From NCBI GenBank assembly GCA_002269645.1, contig NIVC01003090.1, positions 1 to 64,000 on the forward strand: 64,000 nucleotides of DNA. Reading direction: 5' to 3'. The notes beneath the pieces were generated by a model. The model made no database searches, was not told the origin of the DNA, and worked only from the letters and a program-made list of their open reading frames with translations. The position numbers and the translations under genes are program-made. Positions 26,645 through 37,951 of the stretch are shown one piece after another; within the stretch, counting starts at the first letter, position 1; the number at the start of each line of letters is the position of its first letter. This DNA comes from Macrostomum lignano (taxonomy: Eukaryota).

Positions 26645-28161
26645 TGCAGATCGGATGTTGCAGCCGCCAGGAGTTCCTCCTCCTCCTCGGCGCTCACCGG
26701 CTTCGGGTCGGGGTCGCCGGTGTCCATGGGCTCTTCTTCAGCAAAAGGCCCCTGATTGGCCGGAAGGCAGTAGGCAGCGTTCGCCGCCCTTTGCTCACCA
26801 TCCATGGGGTCCTCCGCCTCAGATTGGCCCAATGCCCTGGAGCAGCCAGCCGCCTGGGCAGGCGGGTCCGTCTCCAGTCGGCCCTGCCCCAAGGGGTTGG
26901 GCCCAGCTGGGACGTCCCCACCCTCCCTGGACGAACTGGTGCGCCTAGGCGTCCCGGCGACCTCTCGCCTCAGCTGGGAGATTTTGGCGGTACGGACTGC
27001 CTCAGCTGCACGCTGGTACAGGCCGCGCCGCTTGGTGCTGCGCGCCGGGCGTCAGTCGCCTCCGCCCTCAACAGCGCGTTCAGCTTTGCCCGCGCGGCCG
27101 TGCTGCCGGGCAGGGCGGTTTGCTTTGGCAGTCTGAGCAGAGGCTTGCACCTTGGCCCCGGCCGCCTCCGCATCCCGCCCGCCCTGCTCACTGCCACGGG
27201 GAGGGTCGGCCTCGTAGGAGCGGATGCGCAGCTTCCAAAGGCCGACGTTGATGAAGCTGCCATGTGGATAACGCCTCATCCAGGCATCCAACAGCCCCAG
27301 GATGGCTGTGAAGCCAGTGCCGTCGGTGCGCTTAAGGGTGTCATGCACCACTAGGCCCGCGGCGGGAAGCTCCCGGTTGACTGCTAGCAGTCCTTTCCGG
27401 AGCTCGTCAGCAGAGGTAACAACGCTCCTGGCCGGGACCCAGATTCGATGCCTCTTGGTCCGGGGGCGCTCGTCCTCTCTGCAGAAGGCTAGGTTGAGGT
27501 CCCAGCTCTGCTCGGGCAGCAGCTCAAGGAGCCGCCGACCCGAGTCAGCATCACTGGGCCAAATGAGAAGGCACGAGTCCCTCGTCGCATTCGAATGAAT
27601 GTTCAGAGGCGTGCCCTTCAGAGTTTGCTTCCACAGGAGGCCATCAACGGCACTTCTCACCTGCTTCAGCTGATCGGGAGACAGGCGCGCGTCCTTTCCC
27701 AGGATGACAACCGCCGGTTGCCTCTTTGCCGTATCAGCGTAGGAGGCCCGGGGGTCAGTGGAGCTTTCTTCAGGTGGGCTGTCCACCCTCCCGGCTGCAT
27801 CGGCCTCCCTATCCTGGGCAGGGGCTTCCGTGGGCTCGAGGCCCTCTTCCGCCACCGCCCCAGACTGGGAAGCTTCCGCTGCCGCGGGCCGTTGGCCCCT
27901 GGCACCGGTTTGGCTTCCACCCTCCTTGGCCCGCCTCGCCTTGTTAAGTCGACGGCGGGCAGCTCCAGAGGTGGTGCTGCGTTTCTTAGCAGCTGGAGTA
28001 GCAGGTGTCTTCTCGGAGGCACCGCTCAGAGTTGGCTCCACGGGTCTCGCCGAGGCGTCCCCGATGGTAGCAGGTGGTATGGCCAAGGAGTCCACGGCCC
28101 CAGCCGAGGCCGGAGGCACTGTGTCATCCACAGCCGGTTTGTTACTTTGGTTAGAAGCCAT
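26641..28161 (-). pseudogene. LINE ORF1 (~506 codons) with a single in-frame TGA at 27054-27052
   Basis: The 369-aa ORF continues in the same frame without further stops to 26641 (checked codon by codon); SYADTAK motif; directly upstream of ORF2. Confidence 0.8.
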
Positions 28162-31100
28162 TGGCTAGAAGTAAAAAGGTGGGACTTCCTGCAGAACACA
28201 GGCAAAGAGCCGCAAGGCCGCAACCCCAAACCAAGCGGCAGGCCCCCAAAAAGCAAAATACCACCCTGCGGGGGGACCCAAAAGCGCAAGGGGAACCGTT
28301 AGCGACCAGACTACTCCCTGGCCAAGCGTCCATCAGCACGGAGTTACACTGGGACATTAGAGGGTGCGTTTATGGTCACACCAGGACCCGGCGCCAACGA
28401 ATCAGCTCGGCAGGGCCCAAGGGGGCCTGCCTTAACACCCACGGGACGAGTACCCTTCGAAGTGCGCCTTGCAAGGTGAAAATCAGGAGACAGAGTCTCT
28501 TGAGCTATCAGCCCGCCAGGGGAGGCAGGTGTGAGCATCGCTGGCTGGGATCAAGGCCATACCAGTCTCATACTGCACAGATAGTTCACCACGCCATTAC
28601 GTGCAGGACCCAGGGTCCTGGGGGCAACAGCCCCGGCTTAATCAATGCAAGTTCAACTAAATTTTGTGAGACATTTGTGCGACGAATTAACTAAAGCTAA
28701 AAGTGTGCTTTTGATTGTTATATGTTAAGTTTAAAATACACGCATTAACTTAAAAAATTATACCACTTCTAAAAATTCCAAACAATGATCAGTCATTGTA
28801 TAAATTTCATTGCCTTGGAACTAAATTACCATCGACATTTTAAACAATGACCAAGGATAGTCATTAATAATAATATAAATAAACTTAAAATAATAAAGAC
28901 TGAAACAATAACAGAAATTTTCCAAAACTAGAATCTTTGTCCTAGACTTTTTTAAGCTCTTCTTTGGTAACCTAGCTCTAATAAGTTTATTTAAAGTTCT
29001 TAACTTTGTATTTTAATCATAATTGTTTGCAGTAACTTTGAATAGCAGTATAATATATAACAAAGCAAAATACTGTCAAGTTTGTTAGTATGTAAATAAT
29101 AATAGATCCTATAATAGCAGTTTATTGAATTAGGCCCTTGGAGGAACTATTTTAAAATTTTAATCTTAGCTAATATTTCATTCTAGTAACATTTTCTAAC
29201 ATATCAATATGGTAGCATTCTTATTATATGGCTTATTCAAGGCTTCTGGGTACTTTCTAGTCTTAGAGCTTATCAATGGATCAGATTATTGATTACTATT
29301 CTAGTAGCTTTTATAAGATTAAGATTCATTGCATCTATATGCAGTGCAGTGCAAAGTAAGACTAGTTAGTTTTACATTTTAAACCAAGATATGCATGACC
29401 ATAAAGGCTTTTATACTCTTGTTTAATTTCTTATATTGACAAAAATAGAATATTTAAGTGATTTAAATAACTTTCAATGCATTAAAAAACTAGTCACAAT
29501 ATGTGCAAATTGATTATTATGCATAAATCTTCTAGTAAATTAGTCCAAGTCCCTGTTGGAGTCTATCCATGGCATAGCACCTTCCTATAATTGAGTATTA
29601 AGTGTAAATAGGCTATATAACTGAGAATGCTGACCATAGCATTGCTATCCAACTATGAATCATGGACAATATTATGTTCTCTCTCAGAGTCTCCAGAGGT
29701 ATACTTAAGCAGCAAAAACTAATGCTAATATCCTAGTACTTAGTATTCTTAGTATACACTTATATGTAGTCAGTAAATATTGACTATAGTGGCTAATAAA
29801 TAATTAAATTAAATTCTAATGCAACTGATTGTTTTTTCATTTATTCATTTATTCTTATTGATTTTATTAAATTTTTCTTTTTTTAAAACCAATGTTAAGT
29901 ATACTTTCTTCACCTTAAAAATCTGGAAGAGTTTTATAAAAGCTTAGATTATGTATTTATATTTGTTAAACATTGCTTTTTTAAAAGAAACTAGTTATCG
30001 AAATGAAGTATTATAATTAGGGCATCAATGATACTCAAGTTTGGGTATTAGAGTATTGCTTTCCACTGATAATTTTTTGTGTATCACATCTAATATACTG
30101 ATGTTCAGTAGTCATAGCTGTAATTATGGCAGAACAAGAACAAATTTCATATCAGTAATTTACTAATCCTAAAAAAATCTATAAGCTTTATAAGGGGTTA
30201 GCAATAAGTTTCTTGTCTGGCAAGAAATTATTGCACAACTATCATCTATGTCAATTAGCACATCTATGATTGTCCTCAAATCTGTTTTTTGTGCCATTTG
30301 ACATAGTTAAAAGACAATTATTTCCCAATGGAAGATGTTTGCAGGTAGAAATAGTTAGAAAAAAACAGTAACAACTTTTCAAAGTCCTTTCCAGAGCATT
30401 CAATTCAAAGTTGCATCATGCATCTACTCAAACCACTTGTTGAAGCAGCTAGATCAGTCTGAAGTAGGCACCTCCTCTATTGTATTCTGAATGAAAGCCT
30501 CCACTGTAACTTGCAATAACCCATAGCAAATTCCACATATCCTGGACATTATCACAAAAATACATATTGCATGAGGGGGCAGGAAAGATGGCCAAGTTCT
30601 TAGATGTACTCTCTGGCTAGGAACTCAACCACCTGCCAAGCCTTGTAGGCTAGGTCATTGTTATAATAGAGAAAGATGCCCTAAGCCTTAGGTGACACCT
30701 AGAAAGTGCTCTGCATTTCTGGCAGGCATATGACTGTGCACTATGACATAAGTAGCACCATGGCCAAATGGCCTATTTCTGCCACAGTAATGGCCACTAT
30801 TGACTTAGCCATGTTATACTCTTGCCAGAGCTTGGATAGGGGAGTATAATCAGTAGGAGTCTATTGGGCTAACTCCTGCTTAGTTTCTGGTTTAAAACTG
30901 TAGACCCAGTATTAATCAATACTGACAGCATCTGCATCAACATTGACAACACTGACACTAGAAAATTTGACACTGACTGAGTTGAAGTTGCCACTTACAA
31001 ATTTCCTAAGCATGTTGTGACACTTGGTCACCCAAGCCTCTTGCTATGGAGTCAGCTGATAAGGTACCCAGCATGCAAAAATCTTGCTCCAGTTGACCTT

Positions 31101-32727
31101 AGAGTGCAAGATCATCCTGATGGATCCTAATAAGGTGCCTTATCTGATGTCACTATCTAATGACTTAGGATACCATTCTAAACTATAGCTTGAACAACAG
31201 CAATGTTCTTGGTTGTTTCAGAGATAGGCCAGTGGCTGCATTCCTCATTATTTAGGCTCTGCCTCTGAATAATATCTCTGAAAGCTCCTTGGAGTCCCTT
31301 TAAACGTTCCTATTGTTATAGACCACTGAAAGTTATAAAAAATCATGGCTCTCCAGTGACTTCTATTGAGTTCCATGGTAAATTTAAAAGATAGAGTTGG
31401 TATGCTAACTTGATTTGGCTGCTATATTGACTATCAGACTAATGTGTCTGAAATTGTGCAAATACTATACTAAGATATTGCATTGATCGGCTTCTAGTGA
31501 GAAGCATCTACATGCAGTCAGTGCAAGGCAAGTGCACTTAGCAACAATTTTACAAGTAGCATCAAGCAAGAATGGAAGTTAAAGCATTAAAAATGACAAT
31601 TGGCTAATGTACAAAATGAATTGCTAGTCAATAATTAATATTCATTGGTCACAGTATAGTGTTGTACCATATCAGTTTATTAGCAAAACTACAGTGGAGA
31701 GGTGGCACAAGGATCAGGGTTTATTGTCAAAATTTACAACTGGAATAGAGACCTTTAAAAATTGTATATAGATAGTAGCAAAAGTAGGTTATTTTTTGTT
31801 TCAACTTTATAACAAACAGACAGAGAGCACCCACTTGAACCATGGGTTGTGAAACTTATTTCAATAGGGTCTTAAACCAGTAAATTGCAAACTTAATGCA
31901 TCATGATATGCAATATTAATAAAAATGATATAAATAAAGGTTCTTATATAGCTGTAGCTGTATCATTATAATACTCCTAACATTTTTATTTACAATTCCA
32001 TATTTCAAGCAAGCAATAGAAAACAATCTCTAGAATTGAGAGCCATAATCATTTGATATCCTAAATCGCCAAAGTATATAATCCCAAGATTAAAATCTTG
32101 ATTAATATTGACCTTTTCAGTGACCTTTTCAGTGATAAACAATTGTTTTGTTTATCTTATAACTTTTGTTTGCATTAAATTTGACTCATTGCATCAGTTA
32201 GTGGGTACAGAATCTGGTTTTTTATTTGACTGTACCTGTCATACAACTGGTGCCTAAAAACCATTAAAATGATATACCTTATTGGTTTCATGAATCTACT
32301 TTATGATTTCTTAGCTAACTGTGTAACAATATGTGTAACAGAGATGATAAAAGAAATTCATAAAACCAATGAGTCGAGCTGTGCCATCAAGCATTTTATG
32401 ATTTTTAGGTATAGGGAATGGCATAAAAAAATTAACAGAATCCTAATTTTCTGATAAAAAAAACGATGCATATCAATAGAGCAATAAGAAAGGCACACAA
32501 TTTCAAAAGATGAACATCGAGTCTGCCTGCTATCGAAGACAATGACAATGTTATTCCTATCTCTGTAGTGTATTTTTTTCGAAAAAACACTCCTAAAATT
32601 TTCCAAGAAACTCTAGTTTCCCGTCCTTCTACTTGAGTAGTCCTTGGTCAGATGGTTATAAAAATTGCTCTAAATATACCTCAATGGACTGGGATTATTT
32701 ATCTAATTATATCTGCCGATCAATTTT

Positions 32728-33900
32728 ATGCTTCTCCGCATGTCGTCCGCCCTGTGCGACAGGAGTGCAGGACCGCGTCCTTACCGACAGCAGCAGGATC
32801 AGGAGAAGCAACAAGAAGCTGCTTCGTCTGGCGCAGGACCCAGTGGCAGCGGTAGCGGAGAAAGTAGCACCGGCTATCGCGATATCACCGTCACCCTGCA
32901 CAATGTTGTTAGTTGTTTCTCCACCCAGTGCCATCTGAACCTGAAAAAGATTGCCCTAGACGGCCTGGACGTTGAGTACAAGCCGGAGACCTACATGGTA
33001 ACTATGCGACTGCGCAAGCCCTACTGCGTAGCTAGCATTCGTTCTAGCGGCAAAATATTTGTAGCCGGCAGCGCCAGCGAGCTGGACTCGCGTCGCGGAG
33101 CTCGCCGAATAGCCCGGCGAATCCAAAAGATTGGTTTCCCCTGTCGGTTCTCGAATTTCCGCATTACTAACGTGCACGCCACCTGCGAGCTGCCGTTTCT
33201 AGTCAGGCTGCCTGGCATCGCTGACGAGCTGCCGCAGATGGCCGACTACGAGCCCGAGCTACACCCGGCGCTGAACTTGCGCTTTAAAGATATTCGCGTA
33301 TTAGCTAAGGTATTCGCCACTGGCAGCGTTGTGTTCACTGGGCCTTGTACGCGCAGCATTGATGAGGCTGTTGTGCGACTCTATCCAATCTGCTGCCGGC
33401 ACAAAAGCACTAATAAGAGCGACATTGAGCGTCGCGACTGCGTTGCTTCGGTTCGCGGCCGGGCGGCGCCTCCAGCACGTCCGCCTGCTAGCGGAGTCGG
33501 CGTCAGCGTCGGCGGCAGCGGCGGAGCGACAATCGGTCGACCGTCGGCTGCTAAGCGTCGTCGGCTGGTTGCTGCTAATGCCGGCGTCGGCGCAGCTTCG
33601 TCATCGTCGGCATCGGCGTCAACTGGCGGCAGTGTCGCCGGCCGGGCCTCCGCCGCCGCCAAGAGACGCCGGCGTCAGCAACAGTCCGATGACGTCTTCG
33701 CCGATTTGAATCTTGGCGAAGAGGACCGGCAGGTGCTTCGCCTGCTGCTGGCCGACGGTAAGCCGGCTAAGAAGCGCGGCCGAACTGCCGCTGCTGGTCG
33801 AGCTGCTTCAGCCGGCGGCGGCTCCTCGCTGCTGTCCGACCTCGAGGACAACGACGACTTCGGGTCAATGTCTGACAGCAGCAGTTCGGACGATTTGTGA
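32728..33900 (+). CDS. TBPL1: TBP-related factor, TRF2/TLF (TBPL1)-like, intronless, with long low-complexity C-terminal extension
   Basis: NVVSCFSTQCHLNLKKIALDG..VEY..MVTMRLRKPYCVASIRSSGKI..ARRIARRIQKIGFPCRFSNFRITNV..YEPELHP..KVFATGSV matches the TRF2-type bipartite TBP core. Start may be 32728 or 32740. Confidence 0.88.
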   Translation: MLLRMSSALCDRSAGPRPYRQQQDQEKQQEAASSGAGPSGSGSGESSTGYRDITVTLHNVVSCFSTQCHLNLKKIALDGLDVEYKPETYMVTMRLRKPYCVASIRSSGKIFVAGSASELDSRRGARRIARRIQKIGFPCRFSNFRITNVHATCELPFLVRLPGIADELPQMADYEPELHPALNLRFKDIRVLAKVFATGSVVFTGPCTRSIDEAVVRLYPICCRHKSTNKSDIERRDCVASVRGRAAPPARPPASGVGVSVGGSGGATIGRPSAAKRRRLVAANAGVGAASSSSASASTGGSVAGRASAAAKRRRRQQQSDDVFADLNLGEEDRQVLRLLLADGKPAKKRGRTAAAGRAASAGGGSSLLSDLEDNDDFGSMSDSSSSDDL

Positions 33901-35696
33901 CACTTGACAGGGGCTTGGCTTTGGATGGGGTGTACCATTGATTGACAAGTCTTCAGTCAGTTAGATGAAAGAACTAAGCGATAGATACACATAGAATACA
34001 TTAGTCCGTTCATTTTGGTTCGTTCTTAACAGTCTCCGTTGTTTACCTTTAAAGTCGAAGATCTGTTTTTTTTAAAGAAACGTCTGACAAAAGTCAGAAG
34101 CAATAACAAAGAGCAGTCTCTCCTGCGTTTGTTTGTATCTGTCTATGCTTTGTTCCTGCTGTGCCCAATACGAATTAGAATTGAAAATATTTTGTTGCAT
34201 TTTCACACCTTATAGCTGCTCTCGTTTGTTCTCGATCCCCCACCTACCCTTTCCAGACAAACTCAATAAATTTGTAGAACTATTCATAAAAAAGCTTTAT
34301 TTTTTATTTCAGTTACCAGTTTTTTTAAGCTTTGGTCTTAGTTACTTACAGTTGGTATTAAATTGGTGTTCAATAGGAGGTCGCCATCAAAAACTCGAAA
34401 AATCATAACGGGCTATTTCCGGTTTGTCATATTTCGGGTTTCTGATGCCCCCCCCCCCTCAGTAGGCCTAATTAAAGGCACAGCTTGATAAAAGTAAAAA
34501 AGCCTGCCTATTGAGATCAACACACTATACTAGTGATTTAACTGCTAGCGTAATGATAGATTCGCTTTCCTTTACGTATATCCGAGAGGCAAGTCGCGTT
34601 TGCATTTTTGTCTGATAAACCTCTGTTTTATCGCCTCCTACGAGTATATCTATCACCCCCTGCTCTCTATGTATCGAAATCGGTTGACTAAATCGCGTTG
34701 TTAATAGAAAAACTTTTTTGCCTGTCTATCAACAGATTTTCGTCAACACTAAAGCAAAAAAATGCCAACAGCATTAATTCAGTAACTTCGCTATATTGCG
34801 TTTTCATTTTTATCCAAAAATCAATTCGTACTCGTCTTAATTAGATAGCTTTCAGTCATAAATATGCACACAATTGCCATTATTAAGGTAAGGTACAACT
34901 AATGGTGCTCACTGTTAATCTGCATTAATTATAGTTTGTCAGCGGTTTGAAAAAAAATTAATTGTCAGACTAGTCAGTTTTCTAAGTGCAATGGCGGTAG
35001 TGTGAAAAGAATCTGGGTCTTATGGTTCATCTGATGTCGAAATTTCAATAAAAAGTACAACCTATAAGTTTATACACGTACTGTTTTATTAAGCCTGTCC
35101 TAAGTTTTGTATCCTGGTTGCTATCATTCTATAATATAGTATGTAGAAACTTCCGTTCCACAAAGAAATGTACTTGCAAACTGTTTCCTTACATAATCGG
35201 ATATTCGTGTCCAGTGTTTTATTTTCTCCAGCTATGAATTAACTTTCAAATTACAAGCCTTAACTGATTAAGAGATTAAACAATGCAGTAAGTATTAATA
35301 ATAAGTCCCAAGCAATGCGAATCCAGTATCGTATGGTTCGGTATTCGGCGGAACCCAGATACTCATTTTGCTTTGAGTTACTTTGCCTGTTGAAAATAAA
35401 AGACATCCAAGCGTCTTTTTCGCTTTAGACATTGTTTTTGCTAAAATAATAAAAAAATCTTGTTAGATTGGCTGTCTTTTTGTACTTTTTAGTAGGATTG
35501 AAATGTAGTTTAATAGGATTCTAGTGCTTAAGTACTTAGATAAGTCTTTTGGTTACAAATTTAAAAAAGTCGCAATATAATAGGGTTTCTTTGTTTTCAG
35601 TGAAACAACAAAACAATAACTTTTGGTTGTGCCACGTAACTGTCAAAGCCTGTTAATTATTCAGCAGCTCAGGTTATAGCGATCATTCTCCTCAAT

Positions 35697-37951
35697 CTAC
35701 CTAGGCTTGACACAGGTGTCGTTAACACGCTCATATCCGTCAGGACAACGGGTGACACACTTGACCACAGTCTTTATCTTGCAGATGCACTCTGAAAGTT
35801 CAAGAAGTAGTCGGTTTCAAACACTTGTACGTTCCAAATTTGCTCTTAAAAAGTATGCAAAGTGCATACATTACTGATTGGAAATGTTTGTCCTTTTCAT
35901 ACTTGCCTGGCTTCCACTTTTTTCTTAAATGTTTCTCGCTCGATGGCATCGACGTAAAGGTAGTTTCGCCTTTGGACGCGTGACCGATGTAGTTCAGTAC
36001 CTTGTTTGGCATGGAATAAGGTTATGATAAGGTTATGGTTATGACTGTGGCTCTATGTTTATGTCTAAGGAATTTTGGACACGTAATGACTCACGTATTT
36101 GAAATGGCGCCTGTTCCGCAATCGCAGCACTCGGCCTCCGGTCTGTCTAGCTAAGAATTCGAACTCGCGTCGGTACCGCCTGCCGCACATTCTGCCAACC
36201 TTTACAGCAAACAGACGAATCTTCTTAGAGCGCAGGTAGCGAGCCACAGCGTATTTGAGTCGTGCATCCTTTGCCGAGGCGTCGGTCACCACGAAGAGCA
36301 CCGAGCGGGGTCTGGCGAGTCTGGCAGCGTCCAGGATGCCGCGCATAGCGAATTCCGGACAGTCGCCACCCCGTCTGGCCCTCACGCGTTTAAGGAATCT
36401 GAGTATGGTGTAGGCAGACCGGGACCTGATGACTTTGCGCCTGTAGGGGTCGTTGAATGTCCCGATAACGTAGTCCTTGAATCGACGGTTGGCTTTTACA
36501 ATGCGCTTGATGTTGGTCTTGACAGCTCTGATCTCGCGCCACATAGAGCCCGTGTTGTCGATGGTGAATGCTAGGGACCCGACGACGCGTGGCGGTGGCT
36601 TGGTCTGGTCGGTTCCATTGCTGCACTTGCACACGCGAACTGTCTCTTCCAACTTGTAGTAGTCGGCTGGACAGCCTGTATGAAGTAGTATATAGTTTTT
36701 CTCCTTATCACCTGAATTTACTCTTTTCTCGTATTTGTCCCACGTACCTTTCGTTTTATCCTTTTCACACTTTGTTATAGTGCGCCACTTGCAGCAGCCT
36801 GAAATGGACATGTTTTCAATTTTTAAGTATTAAATGTATGCTTTTTATGGCTTGCACGCACGCCATTGAGCGTATGATAGACTCGGAAGGCACTTTTTCC
36901 TTTGTATATTTGCGGAGGCGGTTCTGGCATTATGGTCCTTGTTAGTGACTGAACAAGCACTTTACTTTCTTACGTGGTCTCAGTCGACGAAGCCGCGCAC
37001 CGCTGCTAGGCATAGAGTTGAACGCCACTTTACCATACACGGCTTTTGTAATGAACCGCATAAGCTGCAATCAGAGACAGATATGACCAGATCTTTAAAA
37101 ATACGAAGAGTATAACATTCAATTATATTGTGAAATTTCGATGGTTTTATTAATTACTGTTTGTTTTGTCTTAATAAAAGCCAATCAATAGTTTCGAGAG
37201 GTATTGATAAACTCACATAACGGAAGTTCACTCGGCGTCTGAACCGCAGCACTCGGCCTCCAGTCTGTCTGGCCAAGAATTCGAACTCGCGTCGGTACCG
37301 CCTGCCGCACATTCTGCCAACCTTTACAGCAAACAGACGAATCTTCTTAGAGCGCAGGTAGCGAGCCACAGCGTATTTGAGTCGTGCATCCTTTGCCGAG
37401 GCGTCGGTCACCACGAAGAGCACCGAGCGGGGTCTGGCGAGTCTGGCAGCGTCCAGGATGCCGCGCATAGCGAATTCCGGACAGTCGCCACCCCGTCTGG
37501 CCCTCACGCGTTTAAGGAATCTGAGTATGGTGTAGGCAGACCGGGACCTGATGACTTTGCGCCTGTATGGGTCGTTGAATGTTCCGATGACGTAGTCCTT
37601 GAATCGACGGTTGGCTTTTACAATGCGCTTGATGTTGGTCTTGACAGCTCTGATCTCGCGCCACATAGAGCCCGTGTCGTCGATGGTGAATGCCAGGGAC
37701 CCGCGTCGGCGAACGATGTGGCACTTAGAACTGCATATGAATTTTTTTACGCATACCTTCTTGTAACCAGATGGGCACTCGGCTGTTAAAACGACGTGAT
37801 ACAGATGTCATAATGATAATGATAAATTGTCATATACGAGTAATGAGCATACATTTATATTATAAGTAATTTATTTTGACTTGCCGGCCAGCACAGTGCC
37901 GATGCTTATTGCGGCGCACAATACCAGAGGGATCGCAAATGATGGCTTCAT
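35697..37951 (-). CDS. Secreted cationic protein with two tandem hemicentin/VWA7-type vWA domains and Cys-rich linkers (~538 aa); exons 37951-37885, 37782-37217, 37064-36974, 36798-36095, 36000-35907, 35791-35697
   Basis: Signal peptide MKPSFAIPLVLCAAISIGTVLA; MIDAS-type DDTGS/DNTGS, GGDCPE, TDASAKD. All exon phases match (1,0,1,0,1); total 1617 nt = 539 codons. Exons 3 and 5 are homologous (..FNSMPSS.. / ..FTSMPSS..). A possible extra 36-nt in-frame intron lies at 36711-36676. Confidence 0.85.

Larger units (their letters stand above)
22830..28637 (-). mobile_element. Full-length non-LTR retrotransposon (I-group, LOA-like; ORF1 plus APE-RT-RNase H-CCHC), 5.8 kb
   Basis: Perfect 12-bp TSD TTAATCAATGCA (22818-22829 and 28638-28649); 3' tail (TAAGTCAAG)2; two-ORF layout. 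Clade assignment is inferred from domain order. Confidence 0.95.

Noticed and set aside
23195-28302. Many + strand ORFs (e.g. 23813-24532, 26644-27354, 27595-28302)
   Set aside because: Antisense shadows of the GC-rich LINE ORFs; no domains.
36065-37666. Two separate tandem vWA genes, as the ORF track suggests
   Set aside because: The 36811 ATG sits in an acceptor context (ATTTCAG|GC) and that ORF lacks a signal peptide; a phase-compatible linker exon joins both into one gene.
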